From Candidatus Poribacteria bacterium (lineage in GTDB: Bacteria > Poribacteria > WGA-4E > WGA-3G): 64,000 bases of DNA. Positions 20,388 through 30,314 of this stretch are shown here, piece after piece. The notes beneath the pieces were generated by a model that was not told the DNA's origin, ran no database searches, and saw only the letters and a list, made by a program, of their open reading frames with translations. Made by a program: the position numbers and the translations under genes. Position 1 is the stretch's first letter. Every line of letters begins with the position of its first letter. The stretch lies in contig CAXXUA010000015.1 of the NCBI GenBank assembly GCA_963663765.2, forward strand, positions 32,001 through 96,000, given 5' to 3'.

Positions 20388-21179
20388 TTAGAATGATGCT
20401 TTTATTTTTCCCCAACTTGTAGTCAGTTTGTCTTTAGGCTGAACTGGAAGTCCTTCTGCAGTGTATAGTTGCATGACTTCGTTTTCGGTAAGAGCTCGAT
20501 CATAAATGACTACTTCATCAATCAGACCTATGAAACCCCCATCACTTGCTTTTCCGATTACAGTTTCTATACCCTCTGACTGCATTGGTCCGTTGTAATC
20601 GATATCGTTTTCTAATTTACCATCTGCATAGAGGTACTTCTTGTTTCCATCAACGATAGCGACAATATGGTGCCATTCATTTTTAGCAAAGAATGCTATT
20701 CCAAATCCGCTATCACCTTGCCAACTTGGCATTGTAATAAATTCGTACTCTTGACCAGCGTTTCGACCGTCAAAACGTAATGCCCAACTATTCAAATCCC
20801 TTTGTGCGACAATGTTCCCACAACACCCAGCAACAACACCTATGACTGGACTATCTTCTGCTGCATTGACCCAAGCTGCGACAGTCATCTCTTCAGCCCC
20901 GTTGAAATCAAGTGTATCAGTTCCTGGTATTATTACGAAGTTCTCACCATTGAATTCAAGAGCTTTGTCTACTTTACCTGTTACAACATTAGGATTTCCA
21001 TTCAATTCTCCATTGTTTTGACCTATAACGTCTTGAACGGTATTTCCATTTATTGTTCCAGAATCAAAAGGCCAATACCCAACAACTCCATCTGTAGGGA
21101 ATTGTGCGATTACAACCGGTGCGAATAGTATAAAATAAAAGATGCCAAATGTCGTGTTTAATATATTTTTTCTTGACAT
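20388..21179 (-). CDS. secreted LamG/concanavalin-like domain protein
   Basis: Signal peptide, YWPFD, ALEFNG, WHHIV, GLIDEVVIYDRAL, C-terminal VQPKDKLTTSWGKIK; likely start MSRKN. Confidence 0.9.
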   Translation of the reverse strand: MSRKNILNTTFGIFYFILFAPVVIAQFPTDGVVGYWPFDSGTINGNTVQDVIGQNNGELNGNPNVVTGKVDKALEFNGENFVIIPGTDTLDFNGAEEMTVAAWVNAAEDSPVIGVVAGCCGNIVAQRDLNSWALRFDGRNAGQEYEFITMPSWQGDSGFGIAFFAKNEWHHIVAIVDGNKKYLYADGKLENDIDYNGPMQSEGIETVIGKASDGGFIGLIDEVVIYDRALTENEVMQLYTAEGLPVQPKDKLTTSWGKIKASF

Positions 21180-21291
21180 AGATTTATCTCCTAATTTGAT
21201 GATAGTTTCATTCGTAGTTTGCGTATTAATCAACCTTCGGGTGGTTTTATGATTATACTATGGTTAGGTTTATGTGTCAATCATTTTATCC

Positions 21292-21979
21292 GGGTGTGTA
21301 AAGTGTTTGCACAGAGGTACTAACTTTTGTTCTCTTTAGTCCCGTAGGGACGCAATGTTTATAGAATGACGTTATCACATCCTCTCTCTTTAGTTCCGTA
21401 GGAACGATAGAGAAGGATAAACATATCGTCCCTACCAAATCAACGCCAAATGCGCCAAATCAACGGCATGAATGCCATTAAGGCATTCCCCGTATGGCAT
21501 TTGTCAGGACTAAAAAGACGTGGGGATATGTATTTCTATAAACATATCGTCCCTACGGGACTGAAGAATATGGTTAATATTAACAATATTTCTTTATATT
21601 GACACTTAATGAAGTTGACAATCAAAATCGGTAGTTGTATTCGTAGGGGTTGGGTTCCCCTACCCGTTTGGTTTTTGAGTTTGCGTAGATCATGTGTGGA
21701 AACAACGCCCCTACGAATACACAACTTGAACGTCAAAACTCATTAGGTCTCTCTGTGTCCGCAATCTCTCATTTAATCAGTTGCGGCGGGGCACAGAGAC
21801 CCGGGGAATGCCTAAAGAAGCATGCGCGTATGGCATGCTCCATGATTCATACCCGGGGAATGCCAAAAGGCATTCATACCCGGGGAATGCCAAGAGGCAT
21901 TCATACCGTTGATTTCTTGATTTCTTGATTTCGCCCTACAATGGAGAGTGGGATGTTTGTGCAAAAACTTTACACACCC
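21292..21979. mobile_element. non-autonomous composite MITE with ISKra4-like TIRs (copy 1)
   Basis: GGGTGTGTAAAG ... CTTTACACACCC ends match the IS at 56335; interior highly similar to 36084-36698; no TSD seen. Confidence 0.85.
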
Positions 21980-22056
21980 TGTTAAGTAAAATATGTTGAC
22001 AAATTTCCATATATTCACTAAAATAATCCCAATCTTTAGCAACATGGAGACAACCA

Positions 22057-22911
22057 ATGGAAAGAATACCGATTGTTGATACGCATGTTCATCTATGGCA
22101 TCCTAAACACCTGAGATATCCTTGGCTGAAGCAGGTTCCTGCGTTAAATAGACGTTATCTATTGAAAGACTATGGTGCTGCAACGGAGAATATAGAAGTA
22201 ACATCTTTTGTTTTTGTGCAATGTGACACACATCCTGATGATGGTTTGAAAGAGACTGACTGGGTTACATCACTTGCAGGAGTAGAACCGCGCCTTCGTG
22301 GTATCGTAGCCTGGGCACCGCTTGAAGAAGGACCGCGAGTCGCAGCATTTGTTGAGAAACTTGCTGAGGAAAAACTTGTGAAAGGTATCCGTCGGCTTGT
22401 TCAAGGTGAAAGTGTTGATTTCTGCATACAACCCAAGTTTGTAGAAGGTGTTAAAACGCTTGCAAAATATGGTTTGAGTTTTGATATCTGTATCTTTCAC
22501 CCACAACTTGCAAATGCGATACAACTTGTTGAGCAGTGTCCACATGTTCAATTTATCTTAGATCATATTGCAAAACCAGACATCAAGAACCAACTATTTG
22601 AGCCGTGGAAGCAAGAGATAAAGACACTTGCTGCTTTTCCAAATGTTTTCTGCAAAATATCTGGATTAGTGACAGAAGCAGACCATGAGTCGTGGACGCC
22701 AAGTGATTTACAGCCATATATTGAGCATGTTATAGATTGTTTTGGATTTAGCCGTGTCGTTTATGGTAGTGATTGGCCAGTGTGCACGCTTTCCTCTGAT
22801 TATTCACGTTGGGTGCAGACCTTGTATGATGCTGTTGAAGGCTGTTCATCTGAAGAAAAAAACAATCTTTTTTACGATAATGCTGTCAAGTTCTATAGAC
22901 TTGTAAAGTGA
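22057..22911 (+). CDS. amidohydrolase family protein (sugar lactonase-like)
   Basis: DTHVHLW, KGIRR, LDHIAKP, CKISG, GSDWPV. Confidence 0.88.
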   Translation: MERIPIVDTHVHLWHPKHLRYPWLKQVPALNRRYLLKDYGAATENIEVTSFVFVQCDTHPDDGLKETDWVTSLAGVEPRLRGIVAWAPLEEGPRVAAFVEKLAEEKLVKGIRRLVQGESVDFCIQPKFVEGVKTLAKYGLSFDICIFHPQLANAIQLVEQCPHVQFILDHIAKPDIKNQLFEPWKQEIKTLAAFPNVFCKISGLVTEADHESWTPSDLQPYIEHVIDCFGFSRVVYGSDWPVCTLSSDYSRWVQTLYDAVEGCSSEEKNNLFYDNAVKFYRLVK

Positions 22912-22940
22912 AATGTGTTTGAAGGACATCTGTAAAATTA

Positions 22941-23984
22941 TTAACGGCTAATGCGTACACTACCCGCTTGCATTGCTTTCTCTGCTTCTGCGGCAGTTGC
23001 CCAATTAAAGTCTCCTGGGAAAGTATGTGCCAACGCTGAATAACCTCCTGCAAAGTCAACTGCTTCTTGAGGAGTTTTCCCATTCAGTAGGCTATAGATT
23101 AGACCCGATGAAAAACTGTCTCCACCTCCAACTCTATCCACCAGTTCTAAGTTTTCATATATTCGAGAAAGGTAGAAGTTTTTACCGTCATAGAGGAGCG
23201 TGCGCCAATCATTTAGCCATCCGGTTTTGGCGTCACGAAGCGTGGTACCGATCATCTCAATGTTAGGAAATGCTTCTTTGACGCGTTGTGCAACTTCTTT
23301 ATAGCTTTCAGGTTCCAGTTTACTATATGATTCAGTTGTACCTTCAGCAGCAAATCCAAGAGATTTCTCAAAGTCTTCTTCATTTCCAATGAGAACTGAA
23401 ACGTGTTTCATCATTGGTCTGTTTATAACTTGAGCTTGTTCTGCAGTCCACAATTTGGAGCGGAAGTTAAGATCATAACTCGTTTTGAGACCAGCATCCT
23501 TGGCGGCTTGTAGTGCTTCAGCTGAAACAGCAGCTGCAGATTCTGATAATGCAGGCGTTATTCCACTCAGATGAAACCAGCGTGCATTAGCAAAAATGGA
23601 TGACCAATCAATTTCACCGGGTTGAACATTTGAGATTGCGGAATGTCCTCTGTCGTAGGTGACACTACTTGCACGAGGACCGGCACCCATTTCCAGATGA
23701 TAGAACCCATTTCTTTCAAAACCGACTCCGTCAAAATCAACCCAAACGATGTTGGACATATCTACTCCTAATTCCTGTCCCTTGTTTCGGATGTATTTTC
23801 CGGACCAATTATCAACGAGACGTGATACCCACGCAGTTTTTAAACCGAGTTGCGCAGCGTTGACTGCTACGTTCATCTCGGCACCACCTGCGGTAATTGC
23901 AAGTGATGAGACCTGCTCTAAACGCATGAATTCTGGTGCGGTGAGTCGGATCATTGCTTCCCCAAATGTAACTAAGTCATACAT
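22941..23984 (-). CDS. kdgK: PfkB sugar kinase, 2-dehydro-3-deoxygluconokinase-like
   Basis: FGEAMIRL, GGAEMNVA, DLNFRSKLW, DRVGGGDSF. Confidence 0.8.
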   Translation of the reverse strand: MYDLVTFGEAMIRLTAPEFMRLEQVSSLAITAGGAEMNVAVNAAQLGLKTAWVSRLVDNWSGKYIRNKGQELGVDMSNIVWVDFDGVGFERNGFYHLEMGAGPRASSVTYDRGHSAISNVQPGEIDWSSIFANARWFHLSGITPALSESAAAVSAEALQAAKDAGLKTSYDLNFRSKLWTAEQAQVINRPMMKHVSVLIGNEEDFEKSLGFAAEGTTESYSKLEPESYKEVAQRVKEAFPNIEMIGTTLRDAKTGWLNDWRTLLYDGKNFYLSRIYENLELVDRVGGGDSFSSGLIYSLLNGKTPQEAVDFAGGYSALAHTFPGDFNWATAAEAEKAMQAGSVRISR

Positions 23985-23988
23985 GTAA

Positions 23989-24252
23989 TTACTCTCCTGA
24001 TGAAATACTCATTATACTATTATATTCTTCTTGTAGTTCTTTGATACAATTTCCACAAAAACAGTAGATTTTACCGTAGGTACCAATCTCTTTTTCTACC
24101 AATTGGTTTAGTGGAAAATCATCTTGACAAATTGCACATACCTCTATGGGTTCGGTAGGATTTTCTTTATCGTCCTTTTTTTCTCTTGCATTGTAGAGCA
24201 ATATCAAAAAAACTAATGTTGGTAAGATAAAAATAAAAAAGATGAAATGCAT
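23989..24252 (-). CDS. small membrane-anchored protein with putative Zn finger
   Basis: N-terminal TM helix, CAIC ... CGNC. Confidence 0.6.
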   Translation of the reverse strand: MHFIFFIFILPTLVFLILLYNAREKKDDKENPTEPIEVCAICQDDFPLNQLVEKEIGTYGKIYCFCGNCIKELQEEYNSIMSISSGE

Positions 24253-24332
24253 AGCATATTCCCTATTTTAAAAAAGTGCATCTTGCTTTGTGTACTATAG
24301 TTGATAACGATGAATGTGTCAACGGAATTTGT

Positions 24333-24733
24333 CAGGGTTATTCAGTTTTAAGAATCTATCGTTATTCCAGTTAACTTTGGGTTAAAATTAGTGAATATAT
24401 AGGGATTTTTGATGTATTCTTTATTATTGTCAGAACCAGGATTTTCAAATCAAGAAATCAACGGTATGATTGCTATATAGCATTCCCCGGGTATGAATGC
24501 CGTATGGCATTCCCCGGGATTAGAAGACTATCAAGATTTCTTTCATCAAATCCTATTCCAAAAGAGGCATAAACGCATATAAAAAACCCTTGACGAGGTA
24601 AATCCTGAAAATCTACTAATCTTGAAAATCCTGGTTCAGACAAAGCATGAGTTAACTCCACAAAAATTAACTAATTTAAGGATTAACGACTGTGGTAGAA
24701 TTTACAAAATAAATTGAAATCTAAATAACACTA
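24333..24733. mobile_element. family B MITE (CAGGGTTATTCAGTTTT TIR)
   Basis: 9-bp TSD GGAATTTGT on both sides; interior similar to 53454-53966. Confidence 0.85.
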
Positions 24734-24838
24734 GGAATTTGTAGCGAGAATAGCATAATTTTGCTAAAATGTGGGTGTTAAGAGATTCATTCTAAACAGT
24801 TCCTGCAAGAATATGGAACAGTAGAAGGAAAATATGTT

Positions 24839-25966
24839 ATGAGCAAAATAGCACATGTGGATGTATATCCGATATCCATTGGTATGAAGGACAAATTTAC
24901 GATTGGAACCGGTTTTGTTGGAGATGCGGATTCTGCGGGTGACCATGTTTTTGTAAAAATTACAACAGATGACGGGTTCGTTGGATGGGGAGAACAACGT
25001 GCGCTCCCATCATGGAGTTACGAGACTACAGAATCTATAACATCTACGATTCGAAATTATATTACACCTCTTCTGTTCGGCAAAAATCCAATAAACCGAA
25101 ATGCAATTCACACTGCAATGTATCAAACATTAAAACCAGCAGTGAGTAATGGACATCCCTTTGCAAAGGCAGCTGTGAATATTGCATTGTGTGACATAAG
25201 CGGACAAATTCTGGGTGTACCTATTCATGTGCTTTTTGGGGGGAAGCGACACGATACGCTTCCACTCAGTTATGCGTTAAGTATTGATACACCTGAAATA
25301 ATGGCGTTGAAAGCTAAAGCGTTAGCACCTTGTACCTGTTTCAAGGTGAAAGTAGCAGGTGTGCCATCAGTAGATGAAGACCGAATACGTGCAATTCATG
25401 AAGCTGCACCCAATGCTAAACTTTGGATTGATGCGAATCAATCTTACACACCATCAAATGCGTTAGACTTACTTCATCGTGTGAAAGATATTGATACCAT
25501 CTACTGTATGGAACAACCGGTTGCAAGCCAAGATTGGTTTGGAATGAAACGTGTTAAAGAATCATCACCGATTCCAATTGCAATTGATGAAGGTTGTTTT
25601 AGCCATTATGATCTTGGTAAAATTGCACGTCTTGAATCTGCGGATGCTGTTGTCCTGAAGTTATGTAAGTCTGGTGGTCTAACAGAATGCCTGAGGAGTG
25701 TCAATGTTGCAGCAGCAAATGCGATTGAACTCTTAGGTAGTGGTTTAACTGAGGCGGGTGTAGGTTTCATCGCAAGTGTACATCTCTTTTCTACTATTGA
25801 TTTGGTGTTACCAGCAGAACTAAACGCACCTGTGTTCTTAGACAATATGGTTGTAGATGGTATAGAGATTAATGAGCATGAAGTAACAGTTCCAGATGCA
25901 CCTGGACTTGGGATTACTGTAGATGAAGAATATATCAAAGCGAATTTGTTGAAATACGATGTTTAG
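24839..25966 (+). CDS. mandelate racemase/muconate cycloisomerase (enolase superfamily)
   Basis: GWGE, FKVKV, IDAN, MEQP, IDEG, LKLCKSGG, PGLG. Confidence 0.88.
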   Translation: MSKIAHVDVYPISIGMKDKFTIGTGFVGDADSAGDHVFVKITTDDGFVGWGEQRALPSWSYETTESITSTIRNYITPLLFGKNPINRNAIHTAMYQTLKPAVSNGHPFAKAAVNIALCDISGQILGVPIHVLFGGKRHDTLPLSYALSIDTPEIMALKAKALAPCTCFKVKVAGVPSVDEDRIRAIHEAAPNAKLWIDANQSYTPSNALDLLHRVKDIDTIYCMEQPVASQDWFGMKRVKESSPIPIAIDEGCFSHYDLGKIARLESADAVVLKLCKSGGLTECLRSVNVAAANAIELLGSGLTEAGVGFIASVHLFSTIDLVLPAELNAPVFLDNMVVDGIEINEHEVTVPDAPGLGITVDEEYIKANLLKYDV

Positions 25967-27119
25967 CAGCGAGAACGAGTTGCGCGACCATAACAGTGAA
26001 GAACATTACTGCACACAGGAGATATGGGCTTTGCAGTCCCCAACCAATATCTGTAGAAATACCACCGAACAATGGACCTACCAGAATTCCTAACCCTAAT
26101 ACTGCTTCGTGCCAACCGCTTTTGTTTCCTTTATCAGTATGTCTGTGTAAACCGTAGTAAAGACTACTAAAATAGGTGACGGCTGCGGATAATCCGATAG
26201 TTGCAAAAGCACATATCCAGAGGATTGTATGTTGAAATTTCCATATTCCGAGGAAACTGAGCATTGCCAGAGTTTGTACAATAAGGATTGGACGCAATCG
26301 GTAATGCCATCGTGTGCAGAATCCGGATCCAAGACCAAGAAACGCAAAAGTTTGTACACCTCCAAGTGCAAGCATATAATTACCGTATATTTTGGGTGAT
26401 ATATTCATTTCCAGAATTAATTTCGGTGAGAGTCTGCGTAATATCCCTAAACCGAACCAGGAAGCAAAATTAGCACATCGTGCAATGTTGAGATGGAGAG
26501 ATCTTACTTCGGGAGTTGGGAAGAGTATTTCAACATTCTCACTATGTGCTTCAGTGGTTAGTAATTTCTTTTCAGTTTTATGAAAAGACAGCAATGCGAT
26601 TGTGTACACACTAAGAATAGCGGATATATGAAACGGTCTAAATGGGTTTTCATCATGGTATAGATAGCTTGATAGCGATGGACCTAAAGTTACACCGATG
26701 CTCCAAAACAGATTGAAGAGTGTTACACGTTGTATAAGTTTGCTTTCGCTTTCCTGTTCAGACAACCATGCTTCATAGGCGGGCCAAAAGAGTGCGAGAG
26801 AAACACCTAATATAGGGAAAGTAAGTAATAGAGAGATTTTACTTTTGCAAAATGGAAGCAAGAGACTTACTCCAGCTAAAACAACGCATGCAGTGTATAA
26901 CATACGTCGCCGGTCAACTCGATCCGATAGTTTTCCACATGGGATTGCAAGACATGTAAAACTTGCTGTAGCCATCGCCATCAAGACACCGACAAAGGTT
27001 GATGTAAGTTTTAGGTGATTACTATAAAATGATGAGTTGGTGAATACACTACTTAGGGCAAGATCTATGAGTAGGACAGGTAAGTAAACGGTGATTAAGT
27101 GTGTCGGTCTTATGTGCAT
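25935..27119 (-). CDS. MFS transporter
   Basis: About 12 TM segments, GKLSDRVDRR motif A. Confidence 0.85.
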   Translation of the reverse strand: MHIRPTHLITVYLPVLLIDLALSSVFTNSSFYSNHLKLTSTFVGVLMAMATASFTCLAIPCGKLSDRVDRRRMLYTACVVLAGVSLLLPFCKSKISLLLTFPILGVSLALFWPAYEAWLSEQESESKLIQRVTLFNLFWSIGVTLGPSLSSYLYHDENPFRPFHISAILSVYTIALLSFHKTEKKLLTTEAHSENVEILFPTPEVRSLHLNIARCANFASWFGLGILRRLSPKLILEMNISPKIYGNYMLALGGVQTFAFLGLGSGFCTRWHYRLRPILIVQTLAMLSFLGIWKFQHTILWICAFATIGLSAAVTYFSSLYYGLHRHTDKGNKSGWHEAVLGLGILVGPLFGGISTDIGWGLQSPYLLCAVMFFTVMVAQLVLAAKHRISTNSL

Positions 27120-27153
27120 TGATATGTGGGGCTTGCATTATCTGTATTGCAGT

Positions 27154-28146
27154 CTACGGGTCTACTATTTTTGCATCAACGGTATGATAACCTAATGCGC
27201 CAACAGGTTTAACTTTAAGGAACATTTCATCCTGAGTGACACCGCTATTTGTGGTAGCCCTGGCGTATATTTCAACTGGGTTGTTTTTCTTAGGTACTTT
27301 CCAAGTCCATTTCCAAAGCACCCATGCTAAAGGAGTATCCTTCGCCCAGATTTTTGCTTCATTCCAGTTTTCACCGTAGTCAATGCTAACTTCAACTTTC
27401 TTGATTCCCCCATGATGTCCAGCATCAAATGCAGCCCCACTGATGATGTAATCTTCACCTGCAATTATTTCTTCCTCTGAGGAGGGAGTACCGATTACAG
27501 TAGCGAGTTTGATATTTGCCACCGGATCCCATCCTTTTTCTTCCCAATAACTTGTATGTTTTTCTGCAAGTTGGATATTGACGATCCATTTTGGATTCTT
27601 CGTACCGTAGTGTCCGGGATTGAGCAATCGGACAGGGTAACCGTGGTCTACTGGTAAAGTTTCACCATTCATTTCATAAGCAAGGATAGTATCTTCATGT
27701 AATGCATCAGCGAGTGGAATTGCTGTATGGTATGAATCTGCACAACGGAAGACAACTACCTTCGCTTTTGGTTTTATTATTACTTTCTGAAGTAGGTCGC
27801 GCAATCGGACACCTTTCCATTTTGCATTCCCCATCTGTTCCGTACCGATTGGGTCACCGATGCATTTCAGAGTTCGCATTGTCTCAACAGCTTCCATTGC
27901 TTTAATCTCTTTTAGTTGCATCGGTGGCATGGGTTTTTCGACTAAACCTGTAATAACTAATCGCCAACCTGCTTCATTGAGTTCAGCGGGGTCATCGAGT
28001 TGAAGTATATAGAATTCATCATTTGGTGTAATCAGAGTGCGGGGTTTTAACAATGGTACATCTTCTTCTTGTGCTTGCAATTTAATCGGTAAAACCATGC
28101 CTGCGGCACTCATTGCGCTGATTCTTATGAAAGTCCTTCGTTTCAT
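27154..28146 (-). CDS. Tat-exported molybdopterin oxidoreductase (sulfite oxidase/SoxC-like)
   Basis: RRTFI Tat motif, LKC Mo-ligand Cys, LAYEMNGE.LP..HGYPVRL, GTKNPKW, C-terminal Ig-like domain. Confidence 0.88.
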   Translation of the reverse strand: MKRRTFIRISAMSAAGMVLPIKLQAQEEDVPLLKPRTLITPNDEFYILQLDDPAELNEAGWRLVITGLVEKPMPPMQLKEIKAMEAVETMRTLKCIGDPIGTEQMGNAKWKGVRLRDLLQKVIIKPKAKVVVFRCADSYHTAIPLADALHEDTILAYEMNGETLPVDHGYPVRLLNPGHYGTKNPKWIVNIQLAEKHTSYWEEKGWDPVANIKLATVIGTPSSEEEIIAGEDYIISGAAFDAGHHGGIKKVEVSIDYGENWNEAKIWAKDTPLAWVLWKWTWKVPKKNNPVEIYARATTNSGVTQDEMFLKVKPVGALGYHTVDAKIVDP

Positions 28147-28358
28147 TTTTTCTCCTTACTATGTGGGTGTTGATTTGGTTTTTTATTGCGCATCCGCATT
28201 GTGATTTTAACGACTCCTCGTATCATAATTGCAGTACCGAATGTAAGAAATAGTGTTAGACCCCAATTCCAAGAGAAGAAAAAATATGCAATAAAACAGA
28301 CAAGCATTGCAGATATGAGGATATTCAATAATGTTCTGTTTTCGTACCATGTGTTCAT
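28143..28358 (-). CDS. small 2-TM membrane protein
   Basis: Two hydrophobic helices; overlaps the next gene's start (ATGA coupling). Confidence 0.5.
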   Translation of the reverse strand: MNTWYENRTLLNILISAMLVCFIAYFFFSWNWGLTLFLTFGTAIMIRGVVKITMRMRNKKPNQHPHSKEKK

Positions 28359-29437
28359 TGTAATCTGAAGAATAGTGCGGGTTTCCGTCAGAATAGAAAT
28401 GGGTATAAAGATATAGAAAGTTTGGAAGTCTTGTAATGGAAAACAACATTTTATACAATGAAATGATAGCATATTTTGCTAATGGATTTCAAGTTATTTA
28501 TTGTCTGATTGGTGTGAAAATCCTTGTTCAGACACATGCCAAAAAACTTTTTAAGTTTTAACATGTGTCTGCCTATTTTTTTATCCTCTGCTGTTCACTT
28601 ACGGACGTGAGGGGTTGTATTTTTGGGTTTCTGCTACCAGAACGCCCCTGCTCCCTGCCCCTTGTGTGTGATGCGAAGCAAACACGATATACCGATAGGT
28701 TTGGATGAAAAACCATCAGAACACTGGACATCCGGTCAATATATGTGATATACTCCATTTAGACCGTCAGATAGGACACGAATACTCTTTGTTTGTGTCA
28801 TATCCAGAATCAAAAACATTTAACGGAGTAAGAATAATGAAATATTTTCAATGTTTTTCTGTAGTTGTCTTTATTGGCTGTACAATTTTTTTCATGGGTT
28901 GTGGGAAGGAAAGTCTTCCTATAGAAATAGAAACCGTTTTGACTGATGAAGAAACATCAGTAGAATTTCCTGATGTCAATTTAGCTCATGAAGTATGTAA
29001 GGCACTAAACTTACCTAAAGGTGCTGCTATTCCTAAATCAAAATTAGCAACATTAAAATCTTTAAGAATATACAGACAGAACGAGTCAACAGTGATAGAA
29101 AAGATATACGACCTAACAGGTATAGAACATGCAACCCAACTACACCGTTTAGACTTATGTGGTGTTGACATCAGTGACATCAGTCTACTTTCACACCTGA
29201 CACATCTGAAAGAACTAAATCTCTGGGGTAATGACATCAGAGACATCCGTCCACTTTCACACCTGACACGCCTGACAGCATTAGCATTAGACTACAATGA
29301 CATCAGTGACATCCGTCCACTTTCACACCTGGCACGCCTGAAAAAATTAGAATTAGACAACAATAGAATCAGTGATATTAGTCCACTCGCGGAATTAACA
29401 GAACTTAAAGAACTATTTCTCAGGAATAATAAAATTA

Positions 29438-30314
29438 GAGCGTATCTCATAAATATTTTAGTGACATACGTATGCAAGCAAGAAGTACAAAACCTAAATA
29501 ATTTTCAGCGTAGTATTCCCAACGAACAACTAAACGCCGATAATCCTCTAACCAACTGAAAAATCTTTCTACTTTGAAACGACGCTTATACCGTCGTAAA
29601 CGCCGACCATCCTGTGTAGCCTGTTTTTTACGATTCTTTTTATGAGGTGCTACCATTTCAATACCACGTTCCCTCAAAGAAGCATCTAAAGGATCAGAGT
29701 CATAAGCTTTGTCCCCAATCAACACTGCGGGGTTTTCGGATGTCCAACACGCATCCAATGCCGGTTCAACCAAGCGCACTTCATGACAAGAAGCCTTTGT
29801 AATCAGAACACTCACAGGTCTACCAGACTTTTCTGTAATCGCTACCAGTTTTGTCCCTTTGCCGCACTTCGTTGGACCAACACAAATGCCTCCTTTCTTG
29901 GCAGGAACGAATTTCGCATCAATACAACACTCACTCATATTTATTTTTTTTCGTTTTTCAAGCATTTCTGTGAGTACCATTTGAACTTTTTCAAGCGTTC
30001 CATCCGATGACCATTGCTGAAAACGACGATGACAGGTTTGATAGGGTGGATACTTTTCTGGTAAATCCCGCCAGGGAGCTCCTGTTCGCAACACCCACAG
30101 TATCCCATCTAACACTTCTCTATTACCACGCCAAGGTCTCCCCGGTTTATCCGATGGTGGTTCTGGCATTAGGGGTTCAATAATTTCCCATTCCTTATCA
30201 CTAAGTTCCATTCAAATCATCCCCTTACTTATAGTAGAAATAGATATAGTTTAGCAGAGATGATGAGAAATTAAAAGAAAAAATCAAACCATTTAATATT
30301 TATGAGATACGCTC
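29438..30314 (-). mobile_element. IS5-family (IS427-like) insertion sequence, 877 bp
   Basis: Perfect 20-bp TIR GAGCGTATCTCATAAATATT, TA duplication at 29436-37 / 30315-16. Confidence 0.92.
29447..30211 (-). CDS. IS5-family transposase
   Basis: LSD.EW..I.PL, LRTGAPWRDLP, CID, GDKAYDS, YKRR..VERFF.WL..RRL. Confidence 0.95.
   Translation of the reverse strand: MELSDKEWEIIEPLMPEPPSDKPGRPWRGNREVLDGILWVLRTGAPWRDLPEKYPPYQTCHRRFQQWSSDGTLEKVQMVLTEMLEKRKKINMSECCIDAKFVPAKKGGICVGPTKCGKGTKLVAITEKSGRPVSVLITKASCHEVRLVEPALDACWTSENPAVLIGDKAYDSDPLDASLRERGIEMVAPHKKNRKKQATQDGRRLRRYKRRFKVERFFSWLEDYRRLVVRWEYYAENYLGFVLLACIRMSLKYL

Noticed and set aside
20140-21093. LamG fragment and gene as a DGR template/variable pair
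   Set aside because: Differences are not adenine-specific, are mostly third-position, lie at the N-terminus, and no reverse transcriptase is present
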